64,000 bases of DNA from an uncultured Mycoplasmatota bacterium. GTDB taxonomy: Bacteria > Bacillota_I > Bacilli_A > RF39 > UBA660. The stretch spans positions 10,885 through 74,884 of the forward strand of contig URPE01000004.1 of the NCBI GenBank assembly GCA_900549625.1. The letters run 5' to 3'. Under the pieces are notes generated by a model. It was not told where the DNA came from, searched no databases, and was given only the letters and a program-made list of their open reading frames with translations. The position numbers were made by a program, and so were the translations under genes. Numbering within the stretch: the first letter of the stretch is position 1; each line of letters begins with the position of its first letter. Positions 9,257 to 19,030 of the stretch are shown piece after piece.

Positions 9257-9530
9257 GTTTCTTTTTTTCGTCAATTCTTTTATAATTTGTTTCTAGTGAT
9301 TCATCATAGTTTAAAAGAGTACTAAACTTTAAGTTTAACGATTCATCATAAGCATTTAATCTACTTGTGAATTTGGCAATAGTTTTTAAACTAACATTTC
9401 TTTTTTGATTTTCTATTTCATTAAGATATGCTAGGGAAGTACCTAGGACCTCGGCAAACCTTTCTTGGGACATATTATAAATTTTACGATAATATTTTAA
9501 ATTTATGGCAAGTATTTTAAAAATAGTCAT
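9249..9530 (-). CDS. XRE-family HTH regulator
   Basis: LKYYRK..MSQERFAEVLG..YLNEIE HTH_3 pattern. SD AGGTGA. Paralog of 41461-41721. Confidence 0.75.
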   Translation of the reverse strand: MTIFKILAINLKYYRKIYNMSQERFAEVLGTSLAYLNEIENQKRNVSLKTIAKFTSRLNAYDESLNLKFSTLLNYDESLETNYKRIDEKKKPN

Positions 9531-9627
9531 GTTATCACCTAATATATTTTAACACAAAAATACTTGATAGTTATTTGATATTATAAGGGATATTTGCTAT
9601 ACTAATGATATAAATTCGAGGTGGATT

Positions 9628-10371
9628 ATGAAGAAAAATAATGATAAAACAGCTATACAGGTAATAGACGTTACAAAAACATTTAAAATCTATTATGATA
9701 AGGCTAGTACTTTAAAAGAAAAACTTATGTTTTGGAAGAGAAATGAAAGTGAAGTATTCACGGCTTTAAAGGATATTAATATAACTATTAAACGAGGAGA
9801 GACAGTAGGACTTGTTGGTGTTAATGGGTCTGGTAAAAGTACACTTTTAAAGTTAATGACAAAGATTATTTATCCTAATAAAGGTAAGATTGTTACGTAT
9901 GGTAAATTAACTAGTTTACTAGAACTAGGTGCTGGATTTCATCAAGATTTTACAGGAAGGGAAAATATTTATTTTAACGCGGCTATTTTTGGGTTAACAA
10001 AACAAGAAATTGATAAGAGATTAGATACAATTATTGAATTTTCTGAGTTAGGAGAATTTATTGATAATCCAGTTAGAACATATTCATCAGGTATGTATAT
10101 GCGACTTGCTTTTTCTATTGCTATTAATGTAGATGCTGATATTTTGTTAATTGATGAAATACTAGCAGTAGGTGATCAACATTTTCAAGAGAAATGTTTT
10201 AATAAGTTGCATGAACTAAAAGAAAGTGATAAGACAATTGTTATTGTAAGTCATAGTCTAGATCAAATAGAGGATTTATGTACAAGGGCTATATGGATAA
10301 ATCATGGGTCAGTGCAAATGGACGATACACCAGAGAAGGTTATTCCAGAATATTTAAAGGAGTGTAGATAA
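9628..10371 (+). CDS. polysaccharide/teichoic-acid export ABC transporter, ATP-binding subunit (TagH/RgpD-like)
   Basis: Walker A GVNGSGKST, signature YSSGM, Walker B LLIDE. Confidence 0.85.
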   Translation: MKKNNDKTAIQVIDVTKTFKIYYDKASTLKEKLMFWKRNESEVFTALKDINITIKRGETVGLVGVNGSGKSTLLKLMTKIIYPNKGKIVTYGKLTSLLELGAGFHQDFTGRENIYFNAAIFGLTKQEIDKRLDTIIEFSELGEFIDNPVRTYSSGMYMRLAFSIAINVDADILLIDEILAVGDQHFQEKCFNKLHELKESDKTIVIVSHSLDQIEDLCTRAIWINHGSVQMDDTPEKVIPEYLKECR

Positions 10372-10372
10372 T

Positions 10373-11146
10373 ATGAAGGCTTTTAAAGAATTATATGCCT
10401 ATCGTGAACTTTTAAAGACAAATGTGCAAAAGGAAATACGTGGTAAATATAAAGGCTCATTTTTGGGAGTACTTTGGAGTTTTTTAAATCCTCTTTTAAT
10501 GGTTTTAGTATATGCTTTGGTGTTTCCATATATTATGCGGATGAATGTTCCAAATTATTTAATTTATTTAATTACGGGTGTTATTCCTTGGAATTTTTTT
10601 ACGACTTGTATTACGACTGGTTGTAACTGTGTGTGGATAAATGGAGGAATTATTAAAAAGGTTTATTTTCCAAGAGAGATATTACCTATAAGTGTAGTAG
10701 TAGCAGGTTTAATAAATTTCCTTATTTCATGTGTTATTATATTAATATTTACTATTTTTGGAGGAATTGGCATAAGTATTCAACTTTTATGGTTACCACT
10801 TATTGCGATTATTCAAAGCGCTCTTAGTTTAGGATTATTATTTGTTTTGAGCGCGATTAATGTATATGTAAGAGATATTGAATATTTAGTAGCTTTCTTA
10901 CTTAACCTATTATTTTATGCAACACCTATTTTATATACAGCTTCAATGTTTCCAAGTAAAGTAAGGTGGATTTTGTATTTAAATCCGATGTCTACTATTG
11001 TTGATGCTTACCGAAGTATTTTCTATTATAAAGTAATGCCTAATTTAACTTCTTTAGCGTTAGTTGGCATATTATCCTTTATTATTTTGATAATTGGTTA
11101 TATAATATTTAGGAAACTAGAAAAAGGATTTGCAGAAGAGGTGTAA
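10373..11146 (+). CDS. ABC-2 type polysaccharide export permease (TagG/RgpC-like)
   Basis: Six-TM ABC-2 pattern, translationally adjacent to the ATPase. Confidence 0.8.
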   Translation: MKAFKELYAYRELLKTNVQKEIRGKYKGSFLGVLWSFLNPLLMVLVYALVFPYIMRMNVPNYLIYLITGVIPWNFFTTCITTGCNCVWINGGIIKKVYFPREILPISVVVAGLINFLISCVIILIFTIFGGIGISIQLLWLPLIAIIQSALSLGLLFVLSAINVYVRDIEYLVAFLLNLLFYATPILYTASMFPSKVRWILYLNPMSTIVDAYRSIFYYKVMPNLTSLALVGILSFIILIIGYIIFRKLEKGFAEEV

Positions 11147-11147
11147 T

Positions 11148-13286
11148 ATGCTTAAATATGATTTTATAGGAATAAGTCATCAAAGTATAAGGGGAGTAGT
11201 AAATCCCGGCCTTACTTTGATTGGAACGGTTAAAAAAGATAATTATAAATTTAAAGTGCTTGTTGATGGTGAAGAACGTAAAAGCGATTTAGTAATTAAC
11301 CCTTATAGTGGAGAATTTACATTAAAAGTATTATTAGATACGTCATGTAAGAATATATATGTCTATGTATTATGTGATAACAAGGAGTATTTGATTTATA
11401 GGGGTAAGAATACAAGACTTAGAAGATTAAATGGTAAAATAAAAGATGTTGTAGCTAATAAGTTAAAGTTAGTTAAAAGTTTTTTTATTACTTTATTTAA
11501 AGGTATTCGTTATTTATGGCGTGATTATCATTTTTTAGTGCCACCTAAAATGTGGAAAAAGTATTTTAATGATTTTAAGAAAAGAGTTAGAGAAAGAGGT
11601 AATAATTATTATTATGAGCCTTTTAATAAAGATGATTATAATCGTTATTTAGCTAAAAATAAATTAGAGATAGTACATAATGATTTAGAGTATAGACCAC
11701 TTATTTCTATTTTAATACCGGTTTATAATATTGGACGGGAATATTTAGTTCGTTGTTTAGATTCAATTCTTAATCAGACTTATGATAATTTTGAGGTTTG
11801 TTTGGTAGATGATTGTTCTACTAAAAAGGAGACTTTAGATACTTTAAAAGAGTATAGTGAGAAAGACCCACGAATACATGTTAGTTATCATAAGAAAAAT
11901 AAACATATATCAGAAACTACTAATGATGCTTTAAAGATGGCAAAGGGTGAGTTTATATCTTTAGTAGATGATGATGATGAGTTAAATAAAGACGCATTAT
12001 ACATGGTAGTAGAAGCTTTAAATGAAAATAAAGAACTTGATTTTATATATACAGATGAAGATAAGATTGATTTAGATGGTAAATATTGTGATCCACATTT
12101 TAAAGCAGATTATTCGCCAGATACACTTTTATCAAATAATTATATTTGTCACTTTACAACTATTCGTAAGAGTAAAGTAGAAGAAGTTGGGGGATTTGAA
12201 AAAGGCTTAGAAGGGGCCCAAGATTACGATTTATTTTTGAAGGTTACTGAGGTTACAAATAATATTTATCATATTCCAGAAATTTTATATCACTGGCGTA
12301 AAGTAGAAGGGTCAACGTCAATGACAATCGATAACAAAAGCTATGCGATTGATAAAGGAGCTTTAGCAGTTAGTAATGCTTTAAAAAGAAGAGGTATAAA
12401 AGGTAATGTTGTAAAAGATGAAAAAACCTTATACTATAAAGTTAATTATATTTTAGATAAAGAGCCTAAAGTATCTATTTTAATACCTACGAAAGATTAT
12501 GCTGATTCATTAGAAATGTGTTTGAAATCACTTTATGAGAAAACAACATATAAAAATTATGAAGTTATTGTGATGAATAACCAAAGTGAAAAGGAAGAAA
12601 CTTTTGAGTTATTTGAAAGTTATAAGAAAAAACATAAGAATTTTAAAGTTATAGATGCACCTTATCCATTTAATTATTCTAAGATTAATAATGATGGGGT
12701 AAAGGCGGCTTCTGGGGAGTTTATTTGTCTTTTAAATAATGATACAGAAATTATTAGTCCAGATTGGCTTTCTGTAATGGTATCTTATGCGGCTCAAAGT
12801 CACGTTGGGGCTGTAGGGGCAAAACTTTTATATCCTGATGATACAGTTCAACATGCGGGCGTTATATTAGGACTTGGTGGAGTTGCTAGTCATGCTTTTA
12901 TTGGAGCTAGCATGGAAGATGCTGGCATGTACGGAAGACTTATGGTACCTTATAATTATGCTGCGGTTACGGCTGCTTGTTTAGTTGTTTCTAAAGAAAA
13001 ATACTTAAGTGTAAGTGGCTTAGAAGAAGATTTAAAAGTTGCTTATAACGATGTTGACTTTAACTTAAAATTACTAGAGAAAGGACTTTATAACGTAGTA
13101 ACACCACAAGTTATGTTACATCATTTTGAATCTAAAACAAGAGGGTTTGATACAACACCAGAAAAGTATGAGTTATTTAAAAAAGAACAAAATTATATGT
13201 TTAATAAATGGGGTAAAATAATAGCAGATGATCCATTTTATAATAAACATTTTTCTAAACAAATAAGTTTTAAATTAAAGAAATAA
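11148..13286 (+). CDS. large glycosyltransferase with two GT2 domains
   Basis: Two ISILIP..YN.. modules, with DDDD and NNDTE motifs. ATG 11148 with SD AGAGGTG is preferred. Confidence 0.75.
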   Translation: MLKYDFIGISHQSIRGVVNPGLTLIGTVKKDNYKFKVLVDGEERKSDLVINPYSGEFTLKVLLDTSCKNIYVYVLCDNKEYLIYRGKNTRLRRLNGKIKDVVANKLKLVKSFFITLFKGIRYLWRDYHFLVPPKMWKKYFNDFKKRVRERGNNYYYEPFNKDDYNRYLAKNKLEIVHNDLEYRPLISILIPVYNIGREYLVRCLDSILNQTYDNFEVCLVDDCSTKKETLDTLKEYSEKDPRIHVSYHKKNKHISETTNDALKMAKGEFISLVDDDDELNKDALYMVVEALNENKELDFIYTDEDKIDLDGKYCDPHFKADYSPDTLLSNNYICHFTTIRKSKVEEVGGFEKGLEGAQDYDLFLKVTEVTNNIYHIPEILYHWRKVEGSTSMTIDNKSYAIDKGALAVSNALKRRGIKGNVVKDEKTLYYKVNYILDKEPKVSILIPTKDYADSLEMCLKSLYEKTTYKNYEVIVMNNQSEKEETFELFESYKKKHKNFKVIDAPYPFNYSKINNDGVKAASGEFICLLNNDTEIISPDWLSVMVSYAAQSHVGAVGAKLLYPDDTVQHAGVILGLGGVASHAFIGASMEDAGMYGRLMVPYNYAAVTAACLVVSKEKYLSVSGLEEDLKVAYNDVDFNLKLLEKGLYNVVTPQVMLHHFESKTRGFDTTPEKYELFKKEQNYMFNKWGKIIADDPFYNKHFSKQISFKLKK

Positions 13287-13299
13287 GGAGTGAATAATT

Positions 13300-15153
13300 A
13301 TGAAGTTAAAGAATAAATTACAATCAAAGCATATTTATATTGCGTTTCTCTTTATTTCTTTTTTTCTTGCACTTTTGTTTTGCATATTCATTTTGAATTT
13401 AAAATATTTTAGTAATGATTTTAAAGGGAAAAAAGATATTAATTTAACTATTAATGAAATAGATAATGGCATAGAACTTAAAAGTTCTTTAATTGATAGT
13501 TATGTTAAGGAGATTTCTTTTTTAGCGAGTACAAGTAGTGAAAATAAAATTGAAGTGCTTTTATATACAGTTAATAATGATGAAGAAGAGTATTTAAGAA
13601 GTGAGACTATCTATCCTACTTATAATGGTGAAAATTATTTTAAAATTGATAAGAATGTGTCTTCTATAGTTTTAAGAATTAATAATTTGAAGAAAGAAGA
13701 TATAACTATTAATAATTTTAAAATACATAATGAATTTAGTTTTAATTTAATTGTTTTTATATTTGTATTTTTAATTGTTTTTTATATTTGTTATTTTGGA
13801 AGAAAAATGATTTTAAAGGAAAATATTAGTATTGTTAAAACTTTTATTATGATTTCTTTACCAGTAGGGGTTATATATGCTTTAATTACACCTTTTGCCT
13901 ATTCTATGGATGAAAAAGAGCATTTTGTTCGGGCGTATAATATTTCTTATTTTAATTTTAATTTAGATAAAGGCGAAGAAGTGCTTTGGCCTTTAGATAT
14001 TAAACTTTATTTAGAACAACCTTATAATGTATTTGTGCCAACAACATATAGTTCATATAAAGCTTATATAAATGAATTAACTAATGTTGGTAATAGTAAT
14101 TATGAAAAAAAATATTATGCTTCAACTGCTGAGCCATATTTATTTTTAGCGTATGTTATTAGTGGTATAGGTATTTTAGTAGGACGAATACTTTCACTTT
14201 CTTTACCAATGCAGTTTTTACTGGGAAGGTTATTTAGCTTGTTATTTTTTACGTTAGTTGTAGCTATGGCTATTAAGCTTAGTGGTAAGTTTAAAAATCT
14301 TGTTTTTGTAGTTGGACTTATTCCGTTAGTACTCTTTCAAGCAGCATCATATTCGGCTGATATGTTTACCAATGCAATGTGTATTTTGTCTTTTGCTCTT
14401 ACAATATATTATAGTAATATGAAAAAGAAAATTGGTTTAAAAGAAATCTTGATACTTTCTTTATGTTATGCTTTTAGTTTCTTATCTAAAATAGCGTATT
14501 TTCCAGTATGTGGTTTGATATTCTTAATTAAGAATGAAAAATTTAATAGTAAATGTCAGTCATTTTTATATAAAGGACTATTAATATTAATTAATTTAGC
14601 TTTCTTTTATATTACTTATAAGTATGCTTCTATTCATGGGATCGTTCAATGGGCTGTGGAAGGTGTTGATTTAAAAAAACAAGTGCTATTTATTTTACAT
14701 AAACCATTATCTTATATAAATGTATTGTATCATACTTTTGATTTAGGAATTTTTTCCTTACTACTTACAGGAACTTTACAACTTGGTTATTTTGGTGATT
14801 TAGGTTATATGCCTCTTGTTCTTTTACTTGTAATCTTTGTAATTAGTATAGCGTCTACAAGTGTTAAAATGAGTATTTATGAAAAAATATTTATCTTCTT
14901 AGTTATTATAGGTTCTATCGTTGTTTCAATGACAAGTTTATATGTAAGTTTTACACCAGTTTCTAATACAACAGTCTTAGGTTATCAGGGACGTTACTTA
15001 ATACCAATATTTTTACCAACACTTGCTTTGTTTACATCACCTAAATTTAAGGTGGCATGGCAAGAAAAAACTATTAATTATTTTATTACTTATGGTATAC
15101 TTTTCTTGAATATATTTGGAATTTTTAAAATTCTAATAGATTATTATTTGTAG
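13300..15153 (+). CDS. large polytopic membrane protein, possible GT-C-like glycan polymerase or modifier
   Basis: More than 10 predicted TM segments, located inside the glycan locus. No specific motif recognised. Confidence 0.4.
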   Translation: MKLKNKLQSKHIYIAFLFISFFLALLFCIFILNLKYFSNDFKGKKDINLTINEIDNGIELKSSLIDSYVKEISFLASTSSENKIEVLLYTVNNDEEEYLRSETIYPTYNGENYFKIDKNVSSIVLRINNLKKEDITINNFKIHNEFSFNLIVFIFVFLIVFYICYFGRKMILKENISIVKTFIMISLPVGVIYALITPFAYSMDEKEHFVRAYNISYFNFNLDKGEEVLWPLDIKLYLEQPYNVFVPTTYSSYKAYINELTNVGNSNYEKKYYASTAEPYLFLAYVISGIGILVGRILSLSLPMQFLLGRLFSLLFFTLVVAMAIKLSGKFKNLVFVVGLIPLVLFQAASYSADMFTNAMCILSFALTIYYSNMKKKIGLKEILILSLCYAFSFLSKIAYFPVCGLIFLIKNEKFNSKCQSFLYKGLLILINLAFFYITYKYASIHGIVQWAVEGVDLKKQVLFILHKPLSYINVLYHTFDLGIFSLLLTGTLQLGYFGDLGYMPLVLLLVIFVISIASTSVKMSIYEKIFIFLVIIGSIVVSMTSLYVSFTPVSNTTVLGYQGRYLIPIFLPTLALFTSPKFKVAWQEKTINYFITYGILFLNIFGIFKILIDYYL

Positions 15154-15162
15154 GAGATGTTT

Positions 15163-15876
15163 ATGAAGAAGATTTTAATTATTATTCCAGCATATAACGA
15201 GGAAGAAAATATTTTAAATACTTATAATACTATAATGGATTATAATAAAAAAAATAAAACTAATTATGATGTGATAGTTATTAATGATGGGTCACGTGAT
15301 AATACTGAAGGTGTACTTACTATTAATAATATTCCCCATATTAAACTTATTTGTAATTTGGGTATTGGAGGGGCCGTTCAAACAGGATATAAATATGCTT
15401 TTAAAAATGGCTATGATATTGCGGTACAATATGATGGAGATGGACAACATGATGTTAGTTATGTAAAAACAATTACGGATCCAATTATTAATGGTGAATG
15501 TGATATGGTTATTGGATCAAGATTTGTAAGTGATTCACCATCAACATTTAAGTCTAGTTGGTTTAGAAGGTTAGGTATTAATTTGATATCAGGTGTTATA
15601 AAACTTAAAACTGGTAAAAAAGTATATGATACAACTAGTGGTTTTAGAGCAGTATCTAGAGATATAATTAAATTATTTACAATAAATTATCCGACTGAAT
15701 ATCCTGAACCAATTAGTACAGTTGATACAATAAAACAAGGCTATAAAGTAAGTGAGTTACCAGTTAAAATGAAAGAAAGAGAACATGGTAAAAGTTCAAT
15801 AACGCCTTTTAAAAGTGCTTATTATATGATTAATGTAATATTTTCAATATTAGTTATGAAAGCGGTGAAAAGATGA
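15163..15876 (+). CDS. GT2 polyprenol-phosphate glycosyltransferase-like
   Basis: IIIPAYNEE..NDGSRDNT..DGDGQH motifs. Confidence 0.75.
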   Translation: MKKILIIIPAYNEEENILNTYNTIMDYNKKNKTNYDVIVINDGSRDNTEGVLTINNIPHIKLICNLGIGGAVQTGYKYAFKNGYDIAVQYDGDGQHDVSYVKTITDPIINGECDMVIGSRFVSDSPSTFKSSWFRRLGINLISGVIKLKTGKKVYDTTSGFRAVSRDIIKLFTINYPTEYPEPISTVDTIKQGYKVSELPVKMKEREHGKSSITPFKSAYYMINVIFSILVMKAVKR

Positions 15877-16211
15877 GTCTTAAACTTATTATTTGTTTAA
15901 TAATTTATACAATATTTTGGTTATGTTTAGTAGTTTATTATGTAAGACATAAAAAAATAGCTGTTCGTTATTCTTTATTTTGGATTATACCAACGTTTTG
16001 TTTATTTTTAGCAAGTGTATTTCCAGGAATAATTTCTTCAATTAATAAGTTATTTGGCTTTGAGGTTTTATCTAATTTAATACTAGGGATATTTATTACG
16101 ATTTTAATGCTTATCACTTTTGTTTTAACAGTAGTTGTAACTAAACAAAAAGAAACTATTAAGGACTTAGTTCAAGAAGTTTCAATGTTAGAAAGTGAGA
16201 TAAGAAAATGA
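15873..16211 (+). CDS. small membrane protein, DUF2304-like
   Basis: ATGA overlap with the upstream GT2 gene. Three or four TM segments. This is the usual GT2 partner arrangement. Confidence 0.45.
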   Translation: MSLKLIICLIIYTIFWLCLVVYYVRHKKIAVRYSLFWIIPTFCLFLASVFPGIISSINKLFGFEVLSNLILGIFITILMLITFVLTVVVTKQKETIKDLVQEVSMLESEIRK

Positions 16212-16558
16212 AATATATTTTAATACTTGTTTACATTCTTTGTACGACAAGTGGAATTACTTTTATGAAACTTGGTGGAGATTCTTTACATTTAGGTATT
16301 AAGGGCGGACTAAGTTTTGGTGTTTCTTGGACAACTTTTTTAGGGTTATTGTTTTATTTAGTTAGTTTCTTGTTATGGCAAAGAATTGTCGTAAAGTATG
16401 ATTTGTCAATTATCGTACCCATTGTTAATGGTATTGTACAAGTAATTACTTTATTTATAGGACACTTTATCTTTAAAGAAACATTAAGTGTAACATCTTA
16501 TATTGGGACATTTTTAGTAATTATGGGTATTGGTCTTATTGGACTTGGTAGTAAATAA
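16208..16558 (+). CDS. small 4-TM membrane protein (SMR/EamA-like, possible lipid-linked sugar flippase)
   Basis: 116 aa, four hydrophobic segments, ATGA overlap with the upstream gene. Confidence 0.4.
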   Translation: MKYILILVYILCTTSGITFMKLGGDSLHLGIKGGLSFGVSWTTFLGLLFYLVSFLLWQRIVVKYDLSIIVPIVNGIVQVITLFIGHFIFKETLSVTSYIGTFLVIMGIGLIGLGSK

Positions 16559-16612
16559 CTTGCCAAGTCTTTTTTTGCTTGTTAAAATATATGTAGGAAT
16601 GGTGAATTAAAA

Positions 16613-17551
16613 ATGAAAAAGAAAATTAGTGTAATAGTATCTTGTTATAATGAAGAAGAATCACTCCCTTTGTTTTATAAAGAAATGAATAAAGTTATGG
16701 AAGAAATGACTAGTAATGAGTTTGAACTTGTATTTGTTAATGATGGTAGTAGTGATAAAACATTAGATGTTATAAAAAGTTTGCGAGAGAAAGACCCACG
16801 TATACGATATGTTTCTTTTTCCCGTAATTTTGGTAAGGAAGCCGCTATGCTTGCAGGTCTTGATTATGCAACAGGAGACTATATAACTCTTATGGATGCC
16901 GACTTACAAGATCCACCGCGTTTACTTCCAGAAATGCTTAAGTATATTAATGAAGGATATGACTGTGTTGGGACAAGACGAGTAACTAGAAAAGGTGAAC
17001 CACCTATTAGAAGCTTTTTTGCCCGTATGTTTTATAAACTTATTAATAAATTAAGTAAAGTAGAAATGGTGGATGGAGCTAGAGATTATAGGTTAATGAC
17101 TAGACAAATGGTTGATGCAATTACTAGTACTCGGGAATATAATCGTTATTCCAAGGGACTTTGGAGTTTTGTTGGTTTTAAAACAAAATGGCTAGAATTT
17201 GAAAATGTAGAAAGAATTGCTGGAGAAACAAAATGGAGTTTTTGGAAATTATTTAAATATGCTATAGAAGGCATAGTGGCTTTTAGTACTGTGCCTCTTA
17301 CAATGGCAGCATTTTTAGGAATACTTTTTTGTTTGATTTCGTTTGTAATGATTTTAGTTATTGTTTTTAAGACAATTATTTGGGGTGACCCCGTAGGTGG
17401 CTGGCCAAGCCTTGCTTGTATCATTATTTTTGTTAGTGGTATTCAATTATTTTTCATGGGTATATTTGGTGAATATTTAGCAAAAACATATTTAGAAACA
17501 AAGAAAAGACCAATTTATATAGTAAAGGAAACAGATAGTGATGATAATTAA
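16613..17551 (+). CDS. GT2 bactoprenol-glycosyltransferase (GtrB/CsbB-like) with C-terminal TM pair
   Basis: VIVSCYNEE..NDGSSD..DADLQDPP motifs plus two C-terminal TM segments. Confidence 0.8.
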   Translation: MKKKISVIVSCYNEEESLPLFYKEMNKVMEEMTSNEFELVFVNDGSSDKTLDVIKSLREKDPRIRYVSFSRNFGKEAAMLAGLDYATGDYITLMDADLQDPPRLLPEMLKYINEGYDCVGTRRVTRKGEPPIRSFFARMFYKLINKLSKVEMVDGARDYRLMTRQMVDAITSTREYNRYSKGLWSFVGFKTKWLEFENVERIAGETKWSFWKLFKYAIEGIVAFSTVPLTMAAFLGILFCLISFVMILVIVFKTIIWGDPVGGWPSLACIIIFVSGIQLFFMGIFGEYLAKTYLETKKRPIYIVKETDSDDN

Positions 17552-17612
17552 TAAAAAATTGACTTAACAATAATTTTGTGTTAGAGTATCCCTCAAGAAA
17601 AGGGGGATGGTT

Positions 17613-18773
17613 ATGAATTATGGTAACTATGAAAAAATATGTATACTTTTAAAAGAATGTATTGATTTATATGAACAAATTAATACTAAAAATTATACGT
17701 TTTCTTATAAGCTTGCTTCTGGGGATAATTTGAATTTTAAAATACAAGAAGTAAATGTTTCACATCTTCTTGGTGTTAATACGGAAGTGATAGGAAATTC
17801 GTTTCTTTCTATAAGATTAAAAAATATGAATAGTTATGAGCTACTTAATTTTTTGCTAGAAGATCCATATCGCTTTTCTAGATATCTAATGCGTAATAAA
17901 ATTGATTCTGGTTTTGTTTTTTCACCAATGATAGAAGAGAAAATTAAGTCTTTTGAGACTAGTATTAAGTTTAGCCTTTTGCCACTAGTAGGTATTATTA
18001 AAATTGATAAATCTAAGAAATGGCAAGATGATTTACCCGAAATAATGGATGTTGATTATCTGATTATAAAAGAATTTGAAGAAAATTATAGTGTTCTTGG
18101 TTTACGTAAAAAAGAGAATACTAGTTATTATGTGCCAATATCTAATATGTGTTGGAAAAAAAATGAAATTGATAAATATATGAAATATTTGAAAAATCAA
18201 GAATGTAGTTTGCCTTTTAGGCTTTATATTAAAGAATTGGATAAAAAGATGTGGTTTAATGAAAGCCAAAAGAAAGCAAGATTACAGACATTAAACGATT
18301 GGCGTGATAAGTTTGGTATGACTGTTTCTGTCGGTTTTGATTATGAAAAATTATTGCTTAGAAGTTGCATAAAAAGTGATGAAAATGAACAAATTTGTAG
18401 TTCAATTGAAACAATAACAACGGCTATAAAAGAAAAGAAATTTCCTATAGAAACTGATTATGAAAATTTAGCTTTAAAAAGACTTAGTTACGCTATTAAT
18501 GATTTTAATTATAAAAATTGTAGTGTTGGTAGTGAATCTTATTCTTTGATGAAAGAAGAGCTTGAAAATAAGAAAGTGGAATTAAATAGTATAAAAGAAA
18601 GAAATTTGGCTTTGGAACAGGAGAATCATTTACAACAAGAAGAATTAGAAACCATGCGTCTTGAACTTGATTTGTATAAATCGTTTTTTAATAGTTTAAA
18701 ACTAAGTGTAAATGATTTTACTGAGAAACAAATGAGTTTGACTAGAACATTTAATGAAGAAAAAGATAAGTAA
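17613..18773 (+). CDS. hypothetical protein with C-terminal coiled coil
   Basis: ORF with SD GGGGGA. The last ~80 aa are heptad-like and E/L/K-rich. No family recognised. Confidence 0.5.
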   Translation: MNYGNYEKICILLKECIDLYEQINTKNYTFSYKLASGDNLNFKIQEVNVSHLLGVNTEVIGNSFLSIRLKNMNSYELLNFLLEDPYRFSRYLMRNKIDSGFVFSPMIEEKIKSFETSIKFSLLPLVGIIKIDKSKKWQDDLPEIMDVDYLIIKEFEENYSVLGLRKKENTSYYVPISNMCWKKNEIDKYMKYLKNQECSLPFRLYIKELDKKMWFNESQKKARLQTLNDWRDKFGMTVSVGFDYEKLLLRSCIKSDENEQICSSIETITTAIKEKKFPIETDYENLALKRLSYAINDFNYKNCSVGSESYSLMKEELENKKVELNSIKERNLALEQENHLQQEELETMRLELDLYKSFFNSLKLSVNDFTEKQMSLTRTFNEEKDK

Positions 18774-18824
18774 AAAGACTAGACAAATTATGAAAATGAC
18801 TTATAATATTAATATAATTATTGA

Positions 18825-19012
18825 TTGCAAGAGTATTTTTAAATAATTTATAGAGACTTTATGGTTGGTGAAAATAAAGATGCATTTAAAAAGAAAGACA
18901 GCAACAAAATGATAAATCGTAATTCTTGCGTTAAAAGAAAAAGAGCATAGATTCTATGAAATAAGGTGGTACCGCGGATATATTCGTCCTTATGTTATAG
19001 AGTCTTTTTATT
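18825..19012 (+). promoter_or_regulatory. T-box leader (tRNA-sensing riboswitch) of aspS
   Basis: AGAGA and GGTGAAA stem I elements. T-box sequence AATAAGGTGGTACCGCGG at about 18958-18976. Terminator arms AGATTCTATGAAATAAGG / CCTTATGTTATAGAGTCT followed by a T-run. Confidence 0.8.
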
Positions 19013-19030
19013 TTAGAAAGAAGGATATTT

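Noticed and set aside
15873-16211. Possibility of a Mycoplasma-type genetic code (TGA read as Trp), given the very low GC.
   Set aside because: TGA terminates several well-supported genes (for example ATGA overlaps at 15873 and 16208). Trp positions in conserved proteins are TGG.
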